Positions 20,942 through 30,829 of a DNA stretch of 64,000 bases are shown here, one piece after another. Under the pieces are notes generated by a model. That model had not been told where the DNA came from and made no database searches. It was given only the letters and a program-made list of their open reading frames with translations. Made by a program: the position numbers and the translations under genes. The stretch comes from an uncultured Acidimicrobiaceae bacterium (GTDB lineage Bacteria; Actinomycetota; Acidimicrobiia; Acidimicrobiales; Bog-793). Positions within the stretch are counted from its first letter, which is position 1, and each line of letters starts with the position of its first letter. The DNA lies in contig CAVSHA010000002.1 of assembly GCA_963727645.1 (NCBI GenBank), positions 9,368 to 73,367 of the forward strand. The letters are read 5' to 3'.

Positions 20942-21918
20942 GTCGCACCCGCACGCAAGGCCGAGCCTCTCACCAGCCGACGCCCGAACCAGTTCGCGAC
21001 GGCCGTCATCATCATGAGAATCAATGCAAGTGCGCCGAGAGCGGCCACTTGCAGCGGTGTGGCGTCCTGGAACTGCAAGGCGATGGTCGACGCGAGCGTG
21101 GAGGCCGTCGAGAACAGCGAAGGTGGGAAGAGCGGGTTCAGGCCGATGACCATGGCGACCGCCACGGTCTCGCCGAGAGCGCGCGCTGTCGCGAGCGTGA
21201 CGGCCCCGACGATGCCTGTACGGGCGCCGGGCAGTACGACTTTACGGAGGACCTGCCATTTCGTAGCGCCCACGCTGAGCGCCCCTTCGAACTGATCGTG
21301 GGGCACCACCGCGATCGCGTCCCTGGAGAGCGCCACGATCATGGGGAGGATCATCACGAAGAGCACGCAGCCTGCGAGGAGCAACGAAACGCCCTCGGGC
21401 GGGGCTTGGAAGGGGAACCTATGACCCGTTACGGTCGCAAGCCCCGGTTCCACCGTGTTCTCGAACCACGGGGCGAGCACGAGCAGGCCCCAGAGCCCGT
21501 ACACCACGCTCGGGACCGCGGCGAGAAGCTCGACAAGCGACGACAGGAATATTCGCAGCCTGCCGGGCAGCAGATGGACGATGGCAAGGGCGGCCCCGAC
21601 ACCGATCGGGATGGCAAACAACAGCGCAATGGCTGTCGTCGCGAGCGTGCCCGCGATGATCGGGAGCGCGCCGAAAGAGTTGCTCCCTTGGCTCCACACC
21701 CTGCCGTAGATGATCGAGAGGCCTGAGTGGCGCCACGCGGGAATCGACGAGACGACGATGCTGACGAGGAACACAGCGCAGATGAGCGCGAACAAACCGG
21801 ACGCCCCGTAAAGGACGCCCCAATGCGCCCAATCGCTCTTGACCGAGAAGCCTTTCGACTTCTCGGTCAAGAGCGGATTCGGCATTGGCAAGGGAGGGCT
21901 CGCCGGCACCTCGGGCAT
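20938..21918 (-). CDS. pstC: phosphate ABC transporter permease PstC
   Basis: 326-aa membrane ORF with the loop SRDAIAVVPHDQFEGALSVGATKWQ. ATGA overlap with the pstA start. Confidence 0.88.
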   Translation of the reverse strand: MPEVPASPPLPMPNPLLTEKSKGFSVKSDWAHWGVLYGASGLFALICAVFLVSIVVSSIPAWRHSGLSIIYGRVWSQGSNSFGALPIIAGTLATTAIALLFAIPIGVGAALAIVHLLPGRLRIFLSSLVELLAAVPSVVYGLWGLLVLAPWFENTVEPGLATVTGHRFPFQAPPEGVSLLLAGCVLFVMILPMIVALSRDAIAVVPHDQFEGALSVGATKWQVLRKVVLPGARTGIVGAVTLATARALGETVAVAMVIGLNPLFPPSLFSTASTLASTIALQFQDATPLQVAALGALALILMMMTAVANWFGRRLVRGSALRAGAT

Positions 21919-21943
21919 GACTACTGGTCGATCACCTCGCTGC

Positions 21944-23149
21944 TCAGCGGCCGTTGGTCGTCAGCAGCACCTGGCCCTTTTGTCCGGTGACTTGGAGCAG
22001 CGTGGCGCGTGCCAGCGCCTGGATGTTCGCCGGAAGTGGGACGTAGCCCTGGAGAGCGGCGACGTCTTGACCAGCCGTCATCCCGTCAACGCCCGAGTGC
22101 GACAGCCAGTCGAGGTACTTCACGAGGAGCGTGCCCTCGGCATCGAGCGTCTGGTTGTGCTTCCATATGATCGCCCAGGTGTACCCGGCGATTGGATAAG
22201 TTGTCTTGCCGGGCTGCCAGACGATCGAGAAGTTCGTCGCTGTGATGCCCGGCTTGGCAGCCGCGGCAGCCGCAATGCCCGCGCTTGAAGGAACTACCGC
22301 CACGCCCGCCCTGTTGACGATCGACGCGACTCCCTTGAGCAGGGTCGGGTTGAGAAGCACGTAGGAGTACTCCACATAACCGATCGAGTTCGGTGTGTTC
22401 TCGATGTCAGCCGCGACCCCCGCGTTCCCGCTGCCTGCGACGCCACCGGCGGGCAGCGTCAGCGGGGTCTTCGAGGGCAAGGTCGGCCACACGCTCGTAG
22501 CTCCTCTACGCAGGAAGTCCGTAAAGATGTATGTCGTACCCGAAGAGTCGGCGCGGGCGACGACGACAATTTGCTTATGCGGAAGATTGACCTTCGGGTT
22601 CAGCGCCTTGATCGCAGCGCTGTTCCACCACTTGATGTTGCCGAGGTAGATGTTGGCAAGAACCGCCGCCGTCAAAGTGAGCGGTGTCTTGGCCGTCAGG
22701 CCGGGAACATTGTAAGGAATCGCCACGCCGCCGAGGGCGATGGGCACATGCAGGAACTGTGACACCGTGTAGTCGGCCCCGTAAGGCTGCTTTGAGTTGA
22801 TGTCAGCTTGAGACATCGGCACGTCGGTGCCGCCCCAGTCGACGATCCTCTTCAAGATGTCCGACTCACCGCTGCCCGAGCCGACCGCCTGGTAGCCGTT
22901 GATCGTGGCCTTTGAGTTGCGGGACTGGTACAGAGCCTGCGCGGCATTCTGCAGCGGTGCGGCGAAGGTCGAGCCTGCACCACCGAGGGTCGCCGGCTTG
23001 TTCATCTGTGTGTCGGCTGCGAGGTATGGGTCTCCAGCTGCTCTCGCGCTGCGCGTGCTCGCGAGCGCCGGCACCGCGACCATCGAAAGGGCGGTGACGA
23101 CGACCGCTGTCGCAGTCACCGCAAGCCGAACAATCCTGTGCATCCTCAT
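21944..23149 (-). CDS. pstS: phosphate-binding protein PstS (secreted)
   Basis: Signal-like MRMHRIVRLAVTATAVVVTALSMVAVPALAS, then GAGSTFAAPL...GSGSGE... typical PstS. ATG 23149 follows GGAGG. The track start at 23245 is less likely. Confidence 0.85.
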   Translation of the reverse strand: MRMHRIVRLAVTATAVVVTALSMVAVPALASTRSARAAGDPYLAADTQMNKPATLGGAGSTFAAPLQNAAQALYQSRNSKATINGYQAVGSGSGESDILKRIVDWGGTDVPMSQADINSKQPYGADYTVSQFLHVPIALGGVAIPYNVPGLTAKTPLTLTAAVLANIYLGNIKWWNSAAIKALNPKVNLPHKQIVVVARADSSGTTYIFTDFLRRGATSVWPTLPSKTPLTLPAGGVAGSGNAGVAADIENTPNSIGYVEYSYVLLNPTLLKGVASIVNRAGVAVVPSSAGIAAAAAAKPGITATNFSIVWQPGKTTYPIAGYTWAIIWKHNQTLDAEGTLLVKYLDWLSHSGVDGMTAGQDVAALQGYVPLPANIQALARATLLQVTGQKGQVLLTTNGR

Positions 23150-23318
23150 CAGGCTCTCTACCTCCATGGCGTCTCGTGATATTGGCTCTGCGCGGCCATC
23201 CCGACATCGCACGCCACGCGGCGGCCTCATGCGTCCGTTAGACAAGCTACGAAAGCCAGTTGAACGGGAGATGTCCGGTCCGTGTTCTCCTCCTTAACAC
23301 TGGGCCAACTTCCCCTGG

Positions 23319-23340
23319 GTCAGGTGAACGCGAGGTAAAC
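23319..23340 (-). promoter_or_regulatory. PHO box: two 11-nt direct repeat units (PhoP-type operator) upstream of pstS
   Basis: The reverse strand reads GTTTACCTCGC GTTCACCTGAC, two consecutive units fitting the actinobacterial G(G/T)TCAYYYRSG direct-repeat pattern. A further GTTCAAC is at 23259-23265. Confidence 0.55.
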
Positions 23341-23393
23341 ACGTCGTCGGGAGCCCCCGAGGGAGCCGCGGGCGCGCCACTAGAGTGACCGGC

Positions 23394-24179
23394 ATGAGGG
23401 TCCTCGTCACTGGGGCCGGCTCCGGGGTCGGCAGGGCCACCGCCGCGCTGTTGGCGGACCGCGGGCACGAGGTCATCGCAACGGCGCGGGACCGTGCAAC
23501 GCTCGCCAAGCTCGAGGTGGCCGCGCGGCTTGCGCTGGACGTGGCTGATGCCTCATCGGTGGACGAGGTCCACCGGGAGCTTGAGTGGGTGGATGCCCTC
23601 GTCAACAATGCCGCGATCTCCTTTCGGGGCCCGATAGAGCACGTCGCTGTGGAACACGTCCGCGAGATGTTCGAGACCAACGTCCTGGGACCAGTCCGCC
23701 TGATCCAAGCGTTCGTTCCAGGCATGCGCGAGCGGGGGTCAGGCGTCGTGGTCAACATCTCCTCGGTGGCGGGACGCGTCGCCCAGCCGCTCAGCGGCTA
23801 CTACGCGGCCACCAAGCACGCCCTGGAGGCGATTTCCGAAGCGCTGTACGTGGAGCTGGCCCATTTCGGCGTGCGTGTCGTCGTCGTCGAGCCCGGCTTC
23901 ATCGCGCCAGGGATGAAGGAGCACGCGCCCACCGCCGGCCCCGCCGCTTACGACGAGCTCGACGCCCAACTGGCCGAGGTCGCGCGCAAGATGCAAGGGG
24001 GCGCTCGCCCTGGCCCGGACCTCGTGGCGAGCGCGGTCGCGGATGCCATCGAAGATGGCGCAGGCCCGTTGCGCCGGCGGGTCGGCGACGACGCGAACCT
24101 GATCCTTTCGGCGCGCAGCACCCTCGGCGACGAAGACTTCGAGAAGGTCATGCGCGCGGTTGCGGGTCTCTCCTGGTAA
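23394..24179 (+). CDS. short-chain dehydrogenase/reductase (SDR)
   Basis: MRVLVTGAGSGVGRA (TGxxxGxG), NNAA and the catalytic S...YxxxK (YYAATKHAL). Confidence 0.85.
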   Translation: MRVLVTGAGSGVGRATAALLADRGHEVIATARDRATLAKLEVAARLALDVADASSVDEVHRELEWVDALVNNAAISFRGPIEHVAVEHVREMFETNVLGPVRLIQAFVPGMRERGSGVVVNISSVAGRVAQPLSGYYAATKHALEAISEALYVELAHFGVRVVVVEPGFIAPGMKEHAPTAGPAAYDELDAQLAEVARKMQGGARPGPDLVASAVADAIEDGAGPLRRRVGDDANLILSARSTLGDEDFEKVMRAVAGLSW

Positions 24180-24289
24180 CGGCTGAACCATCTAGCATCA
24201 GCCACTTCAGCTCGCTCGCTGATGGCCAGGAGCTACCTGTCGACCGGCCGAGCGTGGTTGATGCCTAGGCTCAGATCCGTGAGCCACCC

Positions 24290-25054
24290 GTGATCAAAGC
24301 CACCAGTCGCGAGCCGGCACAAGCGTCGCAGGGCTTTGGTCTCGACCCCGCGTCGCCCCTGCCCCAGGGCAAAGCCAAGCAAGATCTCGTGCGGTCGATG
24401 TTCGACTCGATCGCACCGCGCTACGACCTGGTCAACTGCCTGATGACCTTCGGGCTCGATGCGCGATGGCGCCGCCGGACCATCGAGATGTTGCGGTTGT
24501 CCCCCGGGTCTGTCGTGCTCGACATCGGCTGCGGGACGGGAGACCTGGCGCGCTGCCTCGTGCGCAAGGGTCACCGGCCGGTGGGGATAGATCTCTCCTT
24601 CGGGATGCTCACGGCCGCCCATGCCGGCCGCGCTCCCCTGGTTCAGGCCGACGCCGCCCAGCTGCCCTTCAGCCCGGCAGCCGCGGACGCGGCGGTGAGC
24701 GGGTTCGCAGTGCGTAACTTCGCCGACCTGACAGGTGTCATCAACGAACTTGGGCGCGTGGTGCGCCCCGGGGGGAGACTCGCTCTGCTCGAAGTCGGCG
24801 AGCCGCAGCACCGACTGGTTCGCTTGGGCCATCGGGCCTGGTTCACCCATGTCGTGCCACGACTTGGGGCCCTCTTGTCCGACGGCGCGGCGTACCGGTA
24901 CCTACCGCGCTCGGTCGCGTATCTTCCCCCACTACCAGAGCTCGCCGGCCTTCTCCGCGACGCCGGCTTCACGGACGTCGAGCACGAACCATTCAGCGGC
25001 GGGGTCGCCCAATGCGTGACTGCGACACGATCCGCCGACGACGCCGACTCATGA
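24290..25054 (+). CDS. menG: demethylmenaquinone/ubiquinone methyltransferase (UbiE/MenG family)
   Basis: MFDSIAPRYDLVNCLMTFGLDARWRR, the SAM motif VLDIGCGTGD, and GFAVRNF. Confidence 0.8.
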   Translation: MIKATSREPAQASQGFGLDPASPLPQGKAKQDLVRSMFDSIAPRYDLVNCLMTFGLDARWRRRTIEMLRLSPGSVVLDIGCGTGDLARCLVRKGHRPVGIDLSFGMLTAAHAGRAPLVQADAAQLPFSPAAADAAVSGFAVRNFADLTGVINELGRVVRPGGRLALLEVGEPQHRLVRLGHRAWFTHVVPRLGALLSDGAAYRYLPRSVAYLPPLPELAGLLRDAGFTDVEHEPFSGGVAQCVTATRSADDADS

Positions 25055-26364
25055 ACCGTCGCGCGACCCGGCTCTCTTATGCCGTACGCCCGATCGACGC
25101 GGGCACGCTCGCGCGACTGCGCGTGCTGGCGTACGAGACCGGACGCGTCATCGAGCGCGACCGGCTCATGGTTCTCGGTTTCGGGACCGCCGCCTCGCTC
25201 GAGCTGTCCGGCGGCCTGGCGAACCCTCCCTGTCTCAGGCAGGCGGTTGCTGATCTCGGGGCGATCTGTCTCATCGAGGAGGAGCGATCGGCCACGGACG
25301 TCGACGAGGCCCGTGGCTGGCGGGGCGCTGAGCCGGTACCTGTCGCGCTCGGCGCACTTCGTTTCGACCGTTGCGCCGACGGTGAGCTGGTCGTCCCTGA
25401 GGTGACGGTGATAGTGGCCGCCGACCACGCGGCGTCGGTCGTGGTCGTCGGGTCGTCGGATCGTGTCCACGAGCTGGCGAGCGGGCTGCCGGAGATAGTG
25501 GCGACTGCGCAAGCAGCTGAACCGCCCTCCCCGCCTGACGAGTTCCGGCTCGCGTCAGCTCGACCTCACCAGGACTTCCTGGACAGGGTCGCCGCCGCCT
25601 TGGCCGAAGTCGCCGGCGGACGTCTCGACAAGGTCGTCCTTGCCCGTGAGGTGACCGTGCAGGCGAACCGACCGCTCCGTCAGGCCGACCTCCTCGGGCG
25701 CCTCCGGGCCCTTCACCCGTCGTGCACCACCTTTGCCATCGACGGCATCATCGGCGCAACACCTGAGCTCCTGCTCTCCCGGAGCGGTGCGCGGATAGCC
25801 TCTGTGCCCCTGGCGGGGACAGCGGCGCGCAGCGGTGACCCGGACTCTGATCGCAGAGCCGAGGCCGCGCTCCTCTCGTCGGCCAAGGAGCGCTCCGAGC
25901 ACCGCGTCGTCGTCGACGCGATCACTTCGGCTCTCGCCCCCGTGATCGAGCGGCTCGAGGTGCCCGACGGACCTGTCATACGCGAGCTCCGCAATGTGAG
26001 CCATCTCGGTACCTCGATAACCGGCACGCTCGCCAAGCGCGACCGCGGTTACCCCAGCGCGCTCGAGCTCGTCGGTCTCCTTCACCCCACCCCTGCGGTG
26101 GCGGGGACCCCCGTCGACCTCGCCCTCGACTACCTCACCAAGCTCGAGGAGCTCGACCGGGACCGCTACGCCGGGCCGGTCGGCTGGGTTGACGCCCGGG
26201 GAGACGGGGAGTGGTATCTCGCAATCCGTTCGGCGATCGTCGAGGGGAGCTCCGCAAGGCTGTTCGCCGGGGTGGGGATCGTCGCCGACTCGGATCCTGC
26301 CGCGGAGCTCGCCGAGACCCAGCTCAAGCTCCAGGCCTTCCTCGCGGCTGCCGTTCGTCCCTGA
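25051..26364 (+). CDS. menF: isochorismate synthase
   Basis: ATG 25051 overlaps the menG stop (ATGA). The C-terminal chorismate-binding domain reads ...LHPTPAVAGTP...RYAGPVGWVD..GDGEWYLAIRSA...FAGVGIVADSDP..E..ET..K. Confidence 0.8.
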   Translation: MNRRATRLSYAVRPIDAGTLARLRVLAYETGRVIERDRLMVLGFGTAASLELSGGLANPPCLRQAVADLGAICLIEEERSATDVDEARGWRGAEPVPVALGALRFDRCADGELVVPEVTVIVAADHAASVVVVGSSDRVHELASGLPEIVATAQAAEPPSPPDEFRLASARPHQDFLDRVAAALAEVAGGRLDKVVLAREVTVQANRPLRQADLLGRLRALHPSCTTFAIDGIIGATPELLLSRSGARIASVPLAGTAARSGDPDSDRRAEAALLSSAKERSEHRVVVDAITSALAPVIERLEVPDGPVIRELRNVSHLGTSITGTLAKRDRGYPSALELVGLLHPTPAVAGTPVDLALDYLTKLEELDRDRYAGPVGWVDARGDGEWYLAIRSAIVEGSSARLFAGVGIVADSDPAAELAETQLKLQAFLAAAVRP

Positions 26365-27211
26365 GGCCAGACGCGAACTCCGAGTAGCGACGAACGACCT
26401 CGGCGATCTTCTCGGGTTGATCGAAGGGGAGGAGGTGGCCGCCCGCGATGACGACCAGCTCGGCGCCCGGCACCCGCTCGGCGAGCGACCGGGCTGCCGA
26501 GACCGGCACGACGCGGTCCGATGCGCCGGTGACGACCGCCGTCGGGACTGCGATGCAGCAGAGCGAGCTTTCCAGCTGGGGCGTCTCGGCCAGAAGTGCC
26601 CGCTGCTCGACGAGGAAGCTCCGTCTCGATCTGCCGACTATGGGCCGCCCATCGGTCCCGATCGCCGCCTGAACCGTGGGCAGGACCGAGACCATGTTCG
26701 CGACCCGGACCCCGGGGTAGCGCTCCGAAAAATGCGCGGCGGCGATGAGGACCCGCCGGAGGGTGGCGACCCCGGCGCGGAGGATGCCGCTTCCGAGCAG
26801 GGGAACAGCGAGCAACCTGTCGAGTCCCGACAGCGACCCGGAGACGCCGACCGAGCCGACCAACACGAGCGAGCCGACCCGCTCCGGGTGCTTCAAGGCA
26901 AGCTCGAGCGCGATACCCCCGCCGAGCGAGTGCCCCACGACCGTCACAGGGCTTTGCGCCCCGGCGGCCTCCAACAGCGCCTCGAGTACGTCGGCATTTG
27001 CCGCGATGCCCATCGCCGCACGGGTATCGGATCCCCATCCGGGACGGTCCGGCGCGAGAACCCGGTGGTCGCCTGACAGGAGGTTCGCAAGCACCGCCCA
27101 GTCGGCGCCTGCACCCGGCTGGCCGTGCACCAGGACGACAACGGGTCCCACGCCGACGTCGACGGGCGCCGTCGGTCCGGCGCCGGTGCCCCCTATGCCG
27201 CCCCTCCTCAC
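26324..27211 (-). CDS. alpha/beta hydrolase (possibly MenH-like)
   Basis: GTG 27211 overlaps the stop of the GT2 gene (GTGA). Contains VVVLVHGQPG and the nucleophile elbow GHSLGG. The upstream part of the 473-aa ORF overlaps the GT2 gene and is discarded. Confidence 0.75.
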   Translation of the reverse strand: MRRGGIGGTGAGPTAPVDVGVGPVVVLVHGQPGAGADWAVLANLLSGDHRVLAPDRPGWGSDTRAAMGIAANADVLEALLEAAGAQSPVTVVGHSLGGGIALELALKHPERVGSLVLVGSVGVSGSLSGLDRLLAVPLLGSGILRAGVATLRRVLIAAAHFSERYPGVRVANMVSVLPTVQAAIGTDGRPIVGRSRRSFLVEQRALLAETPQLESSLCCIAVPTAVVTGASDRVVPVSAARSLAERVPGAELVVIAGGHLLPFDQPEKIAEVVRRYSEFASGLRDERQPRGRPGA

Positions 27212-27975
27212 CGCTGAGAACGAGACTGCGCTGCGGTACGGGTCATCCTGACGCCGCACCGCAACCGGCGGACGACTCGCTTGGCACCCCACCACGTGAC
27301 CAGTACCAGCGCCTCCACCACGGTATAGGTCGACATCTTCGAGATCCCCAGCTCCCGGTCCACAAACCGGATCGGTACCTCCTTGACCTTTGCGCCCACT
27401 GCGATCGCCCGGTAGGTCATCTCGATCTGGAACCCGTAGCTCTCCGCCCGGACCGAGCCCAGGTCGATGCGCCTGAGAACCGCCGCTGCGTAGGCCCTGA
27501 ACCCAGCGGTGGAGTCCCGCACGCCGAGGCCGAGCAGGAAGTCGGCGTAGATGTTGCCGCCTCGCGACAGCAGCCGTCGCGGCAGGCTCCAGCGCGGTGT
27601 CGAACCGCCGGGAACATACCGCGACCCTATGCACACCTCGTATCCTTCGCCGAGCGGCGCGAGCACTGTGGGAAGGGCACCGGGATCGTGCGAGAAATCC
27701 GAGTCCATCTCGACCATCGCCTCGTAGCCTCGCTCGAGGCCCCACCTGAACCCGTCCCGGTACGCGCTGCCGAGTCCCATCTTGCCGGGACGGGACAGAA
27801 CGTCCACACCGCCGAATCTCTCACCGACCTCCGCGGCGATCTTGGCTGTCCCGTCAGGACTGTTGTCGTCGACGACAAGGACCGACGCGTCCGGGAGGAC
27901 CTCACGGACACGATCGAGGATGTTCTCGATTGTGGCAGCTTCGTTGAAAGTAGGCAGTACGACGAGAACGCGCAC
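27208..27975 (-). CDS. GT2 polyprenol-phosphate mannosyltransferase (Ppm1/DPM1-like)
   Basis: 255 aa, VVLPTFNEA...VVDDNSPDGT...MDSDFSHDP...SRY. Typical dolichol/polyprenol-P mannose synthase catalytic domain. Confidence 0.8.
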   Translation of the reverse strand: MRVLVVLPTFNEAATIENILDRVREVLPDASVLVVDDNSPDGTAKIAAEVGERFGGVDVLSRPGKMGLGSAYRDGFRWGLERGYEAMVEMDSDFSHDPGALPTVLAPLGEGYEVCIGSRYVPGGSTPRWSLPRRLLSRGGNIYADFLLGLGVRDSTAGFRAYAAAVLRRIDLGSVRAESYGFQIEMTYRAIAVGAKVKEVPIRFVDRELGISKMSTYTVVEALVLVTWWGAKRVVRRLRCGVRMTRTAAQSRSQR

Positions 27976-28046
27976 GCTAGCAGCCTATGGCCAAAACGCT
28001 GACCAAAAGCACCGGCACACGGCAACCCTTCGCGGGCTCTCCGAGG

Positions 28047-29228
28047 TCACTCGGCCGGCGCGGAGGCCCCGCTCGGCGCTGTCCGCGAAACCAATGCCTC
28101 ATCGGTGAGACGCTCTTCGGCAGACGCGACCGACCGGTGCTCGGCCCATAGGTCCCGCGCGACCACCTGGATGGCGCTCGCGGCCGGAACCGCAAGCAGG
28201 GCGCCTACAAGACCGCCGAACGTGGACCCGACGATCCCGCCCAGCTCGACACCTACGAGGATCGCCAGCAGTACCCAGAGAGGGTTCAGGCGCACCGTTC
28301 GGCTCATGACGACCGGATTGAGGATGTGGTTCTCGATCTGCTGATAGATCAGGAAAACGGCAAGAGTCACGATCCCCGCCGGCAACGAGTGGAGCAGGGC
28401 GACCGCCACCGTCGGCACACCGGCGAGCAGGCCACCGACAAGCGGGAGGAAGTCGACTATGCCCACCCAGATCGCCAGAACTCCCGCATACGGGACGCCC
28501 ATGACTCGCAGTGTCACGAAGATGACAACCCCGGCAATCATCGAGGTCGCGAGGTTGCCGAGCATGTAACCGGCCACGGCTTGGCCCACGTCGCCCAGTA
28601 TCTTGTGAACGCGATCGGAGCGCTCGGGCCGCATCCAGTTGAGGACGCCCCGAATCATCAGTGGCGCCTCGAGGAGGATGAAGAAGGTGAGCACTCCGAC
28701 TGTGACCAGCGCGACAACCCCGCTCACGACGGTCCTGCCGATGGCAAGAGCGGGACGGGCGAGACCGCTGATCAAGGTCTCGAGCCGCGGCACGTTCTTC
28801 TTGACATAGCTCTCGAGGTGCAGCCGCTGGACAAGGTGACCGATCTGTCCCTTTCCGTGCTGTGCCTGGCGGACAATACTGGGCAACTCCTTCGCGAAGC
28901 TCGAAGCTGACGCGTAGACCGGGTGCACGAGCACATACCCCACCGTCCCCGCGACCACGACCGAGAAGAAGAACACAAGGGCCGTCGCGATCCCCCGGCG
29001 GATCCCCCGGCGCTCTACGAAGCTGACCGCGGGATGCAGCAGCGCACCCAAGAACAACGACACGACTATCAGCAAGACGACGACCCGGAGCCGCCACAGC
29101 AGCGCCAAGCCGAGGCCCACGCTCACAACCGCGCCCGTCGCGATGAAAGTGGTGCGCGCCACCCGCAAGTCGCGTGCGCGTTGGCTCTCGGGCGGATCCA
29201 GCTCCCGGTCGGCTCTCTGCTCGGGCAC
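28047..29228 (-). CDS. AI-2E family transporter (PerM/YhhT-like)
   Basis: 393-aa membrane ORF with FLIYQQIENHILNPVVMSR, the hallmark region of the family. Confidence 0.8.
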   Translation of the reverse strand: MPEQRADRELDPPESQRARDLRVARTTFIATGAVVSVGLGLALLWRLRVVVLLIVVSLFLGALLHPAVSFVERRGIRRGIATALVFFFSVVVAGTVGYVLVHPVYASASSFAKELPSIVRQAQHGKGQIGHLVQRLHLESYVKKNVPRLETLISGLARPALAIGRTVVSGVVALVTVGVLTFFILLEAPLMIRGVLNWMRPERSDRVHKILGDVGQAVAGYMLGNLATSMIAGVVIFVTLRVMGVPYAGVLAIWVGIVDFLPLVGGLLAGVPTVAVALLHSLPAGIVTLAVFLIYQQIENHILNPVVMSRTVRLNPLWVLLAILVGVELGGIVGSTFGGLVGALLAVPAASAIQVVARDLWAEHRSVASAEERLTDEALVSRTAPSGASAPAE

Positions 29229-29383
29229 CGGAACAAGTCAACTCGATGCGTGACCGCCACGGCGTGATCCAGGGCCGGACCCCGAGCCCGGACCGGCGCC
29301 GGGCGACGTCGGTCCCCTCCAGGAACCCGGGCCGGGTCCTGAGGCTCGCCCCGCGGCCTGTTCGCGCCTGCAAGCATGGGGGC

Positions 29384-30604
29384 GTGGCCGACTCACCCGA
29401 GATCGACGGCCCGGTCACGGGCGTGACCGCGCCGCGCCGTCACCACAATCTGCTCGGATGGATACCGCGGCCGCTGCGTCACGGCATCACCCTGTTCATC
29501 CTTCTGCTCTTCGTCGAGTACGTCCTCATCCCCAGCTTCCTGCACTCCAAAGCACGTTCTTCGCTGAGCCAGTTGGGGCGCGTCAATTTCTTCTGGTTCC
29601 TCGCCGGCTTCGCTCTGGAAGCGGGCGCACTTGTCGCATATGGGCGACTGACCCAGGCCGTGCTGCCAAAGGGCGCCCCGGACCTCTCCAAAGTGCTCCG
29701 TATCGACCTTTCGACGCTCGCAGTGAGCCATGTCATCCCCGGTGGCACCGCCGGTGGCACTGGGCTCGGCTATCGGCTCCTCACCTCGAACGGGGTGAGT
29801 GGCCCCGACGCCGGTTTCGCGCTGGCGACTCAAGGAATCGGTTCGGCCGTCGTCCTCAACGCCATGCTCTGGGTGGCTCTGGTGGTATCGATTCCCCTCC
29901 ACGGCTTCAACAGCGCTTATGTCACGGTCGCGGTGGTCGGTGCCGTACTGCTCGCCGCCTTCGCCACGCTCGTCTTGGCGCTGACGCGCGGCGAGGCCCA
30001 CGCTGCCCGGGCACTGCGATCGATTGCCAGGCGAGTTCCGTGGGTCACCGAAGAACAGATGGAGAAGCTCGTCCAGCGTCTCGCCACGCGCTTGCGGACG
30101 CTGGCTTCGGACCGGCAGCTGCTCAAGAACGCGGTCTCGTGGGCAGCTGCGAACTGGCTGCTGGACGCGGCTTCTCTCTGGGCCTTCCTGGCCGCCTACG
30201 GGCACGTCACAAGGCCCATCGACCTCTTCGTGGCCTACGGCGTGGCGAATGTCCTGGCGGCAGTGCCACTGACTCCGGGCGGCCTCGGCATCGTCGAGGC
30301 AGTGGCCGCAACCTCTCTGATCGGTTTCGGCGTCCCTGCGGGTATTGCCTGGCTGGGAGTGATCTCCTGGCGACTGTTCAATTTCTGGCTGCCGATCCCG
30401 GTAGGTGCCGGCGCCTACCTGTCCCTGCGAGTCCAGCACGGAGCGGGTTTGAAAGAGCGCCGCGACGCGCTCGGGGGCATGACAAGGGCGGTCTACCCGT
30501 CGCGTCGACCGACTGCCGGGACGCCGGCCGTCGAGCCAGACCTGCCTCCTCAGAGACCGGGACCTGCATCTCCTCCGTCCCCGTCGGCACCACCTCAAGA
30601 CTGA
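29384..30604 (+). CDS. flippase-like membrane protein (UPF0104 / lysylphosphatidylglycerol-synthase TM-region family)
   Basis: Multi-pass membrane ORF with ...VLAAVPLTPGGLGIVEA.... GTG 29384 chosen as start. Third-position GC collapses after about 30540, so the Pro-rich tail is doubtful. Confidence 0.65.
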   Translation: MADSPEIDGPVTGVTAPRRHHNLLGWIPRPLRHGITLFILLLFVEYVLIPSFLHSKARSSLSQLGRVNFFWFLAGFALEAGALVAYGRLTQAVLPKGAPDLSKVLRIDLSTLAVSHVIPGGTAGGTGLGYRLLTSNGVSGPDAGFALATQGIGSAVVLNAMLWVALVVSIPLHGFNSAYVTVAVVGAVLLAAFATLVLALTRGEAHAARALRSIARRVPWVTEEQMEKLVQRLATRLRTLASDRQLLKNAVSWAAANWLLDAASLWAFLAAYGHVTRPIDLFVAYGVANVLAAVPLTPGGLGIVEAVAATSLIGFGVPAGIAWLGVISWRLFNFWLPIPVGAGAYLSLRVQHGAGLKERRDALGGMTRAVYPSRRPTAGTPAVEPDLPPQRPGPASPPSPSAPPQD

Positions 30605-30829
30605 TCGAGACCTCGAACAGCTCCCGGAAGAGCTGCACCTTGCGCTGGAGCATCCGACGCTCGAGCTCGACCGCGAGCTTGGCGACCTGGCGGCAATGGG
30701 CCTCAGGCCACCTTTACCGGTGGCTCAGCGTGAGGACGGAGGCACGATGCCTTCCCGCCGAGTTTCGACCGCCAGCAGATGCAACGAGTTGCTACCCAGG
30801 TCCCGCGCGGCGATCCGCACGGCCGGAGC

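Noticed and set aside
23288-23296. Very strong Shine-Dalgarno-like AAGGAGGAG (reverse strand) upstream of pstS
   Set aside because: No ATG/GTG/TTG lies within 5-12 nt downstream. The nearest in-frame start (TTG 23245) is about 40 nt away, so it is not assigned as a ribosome site.
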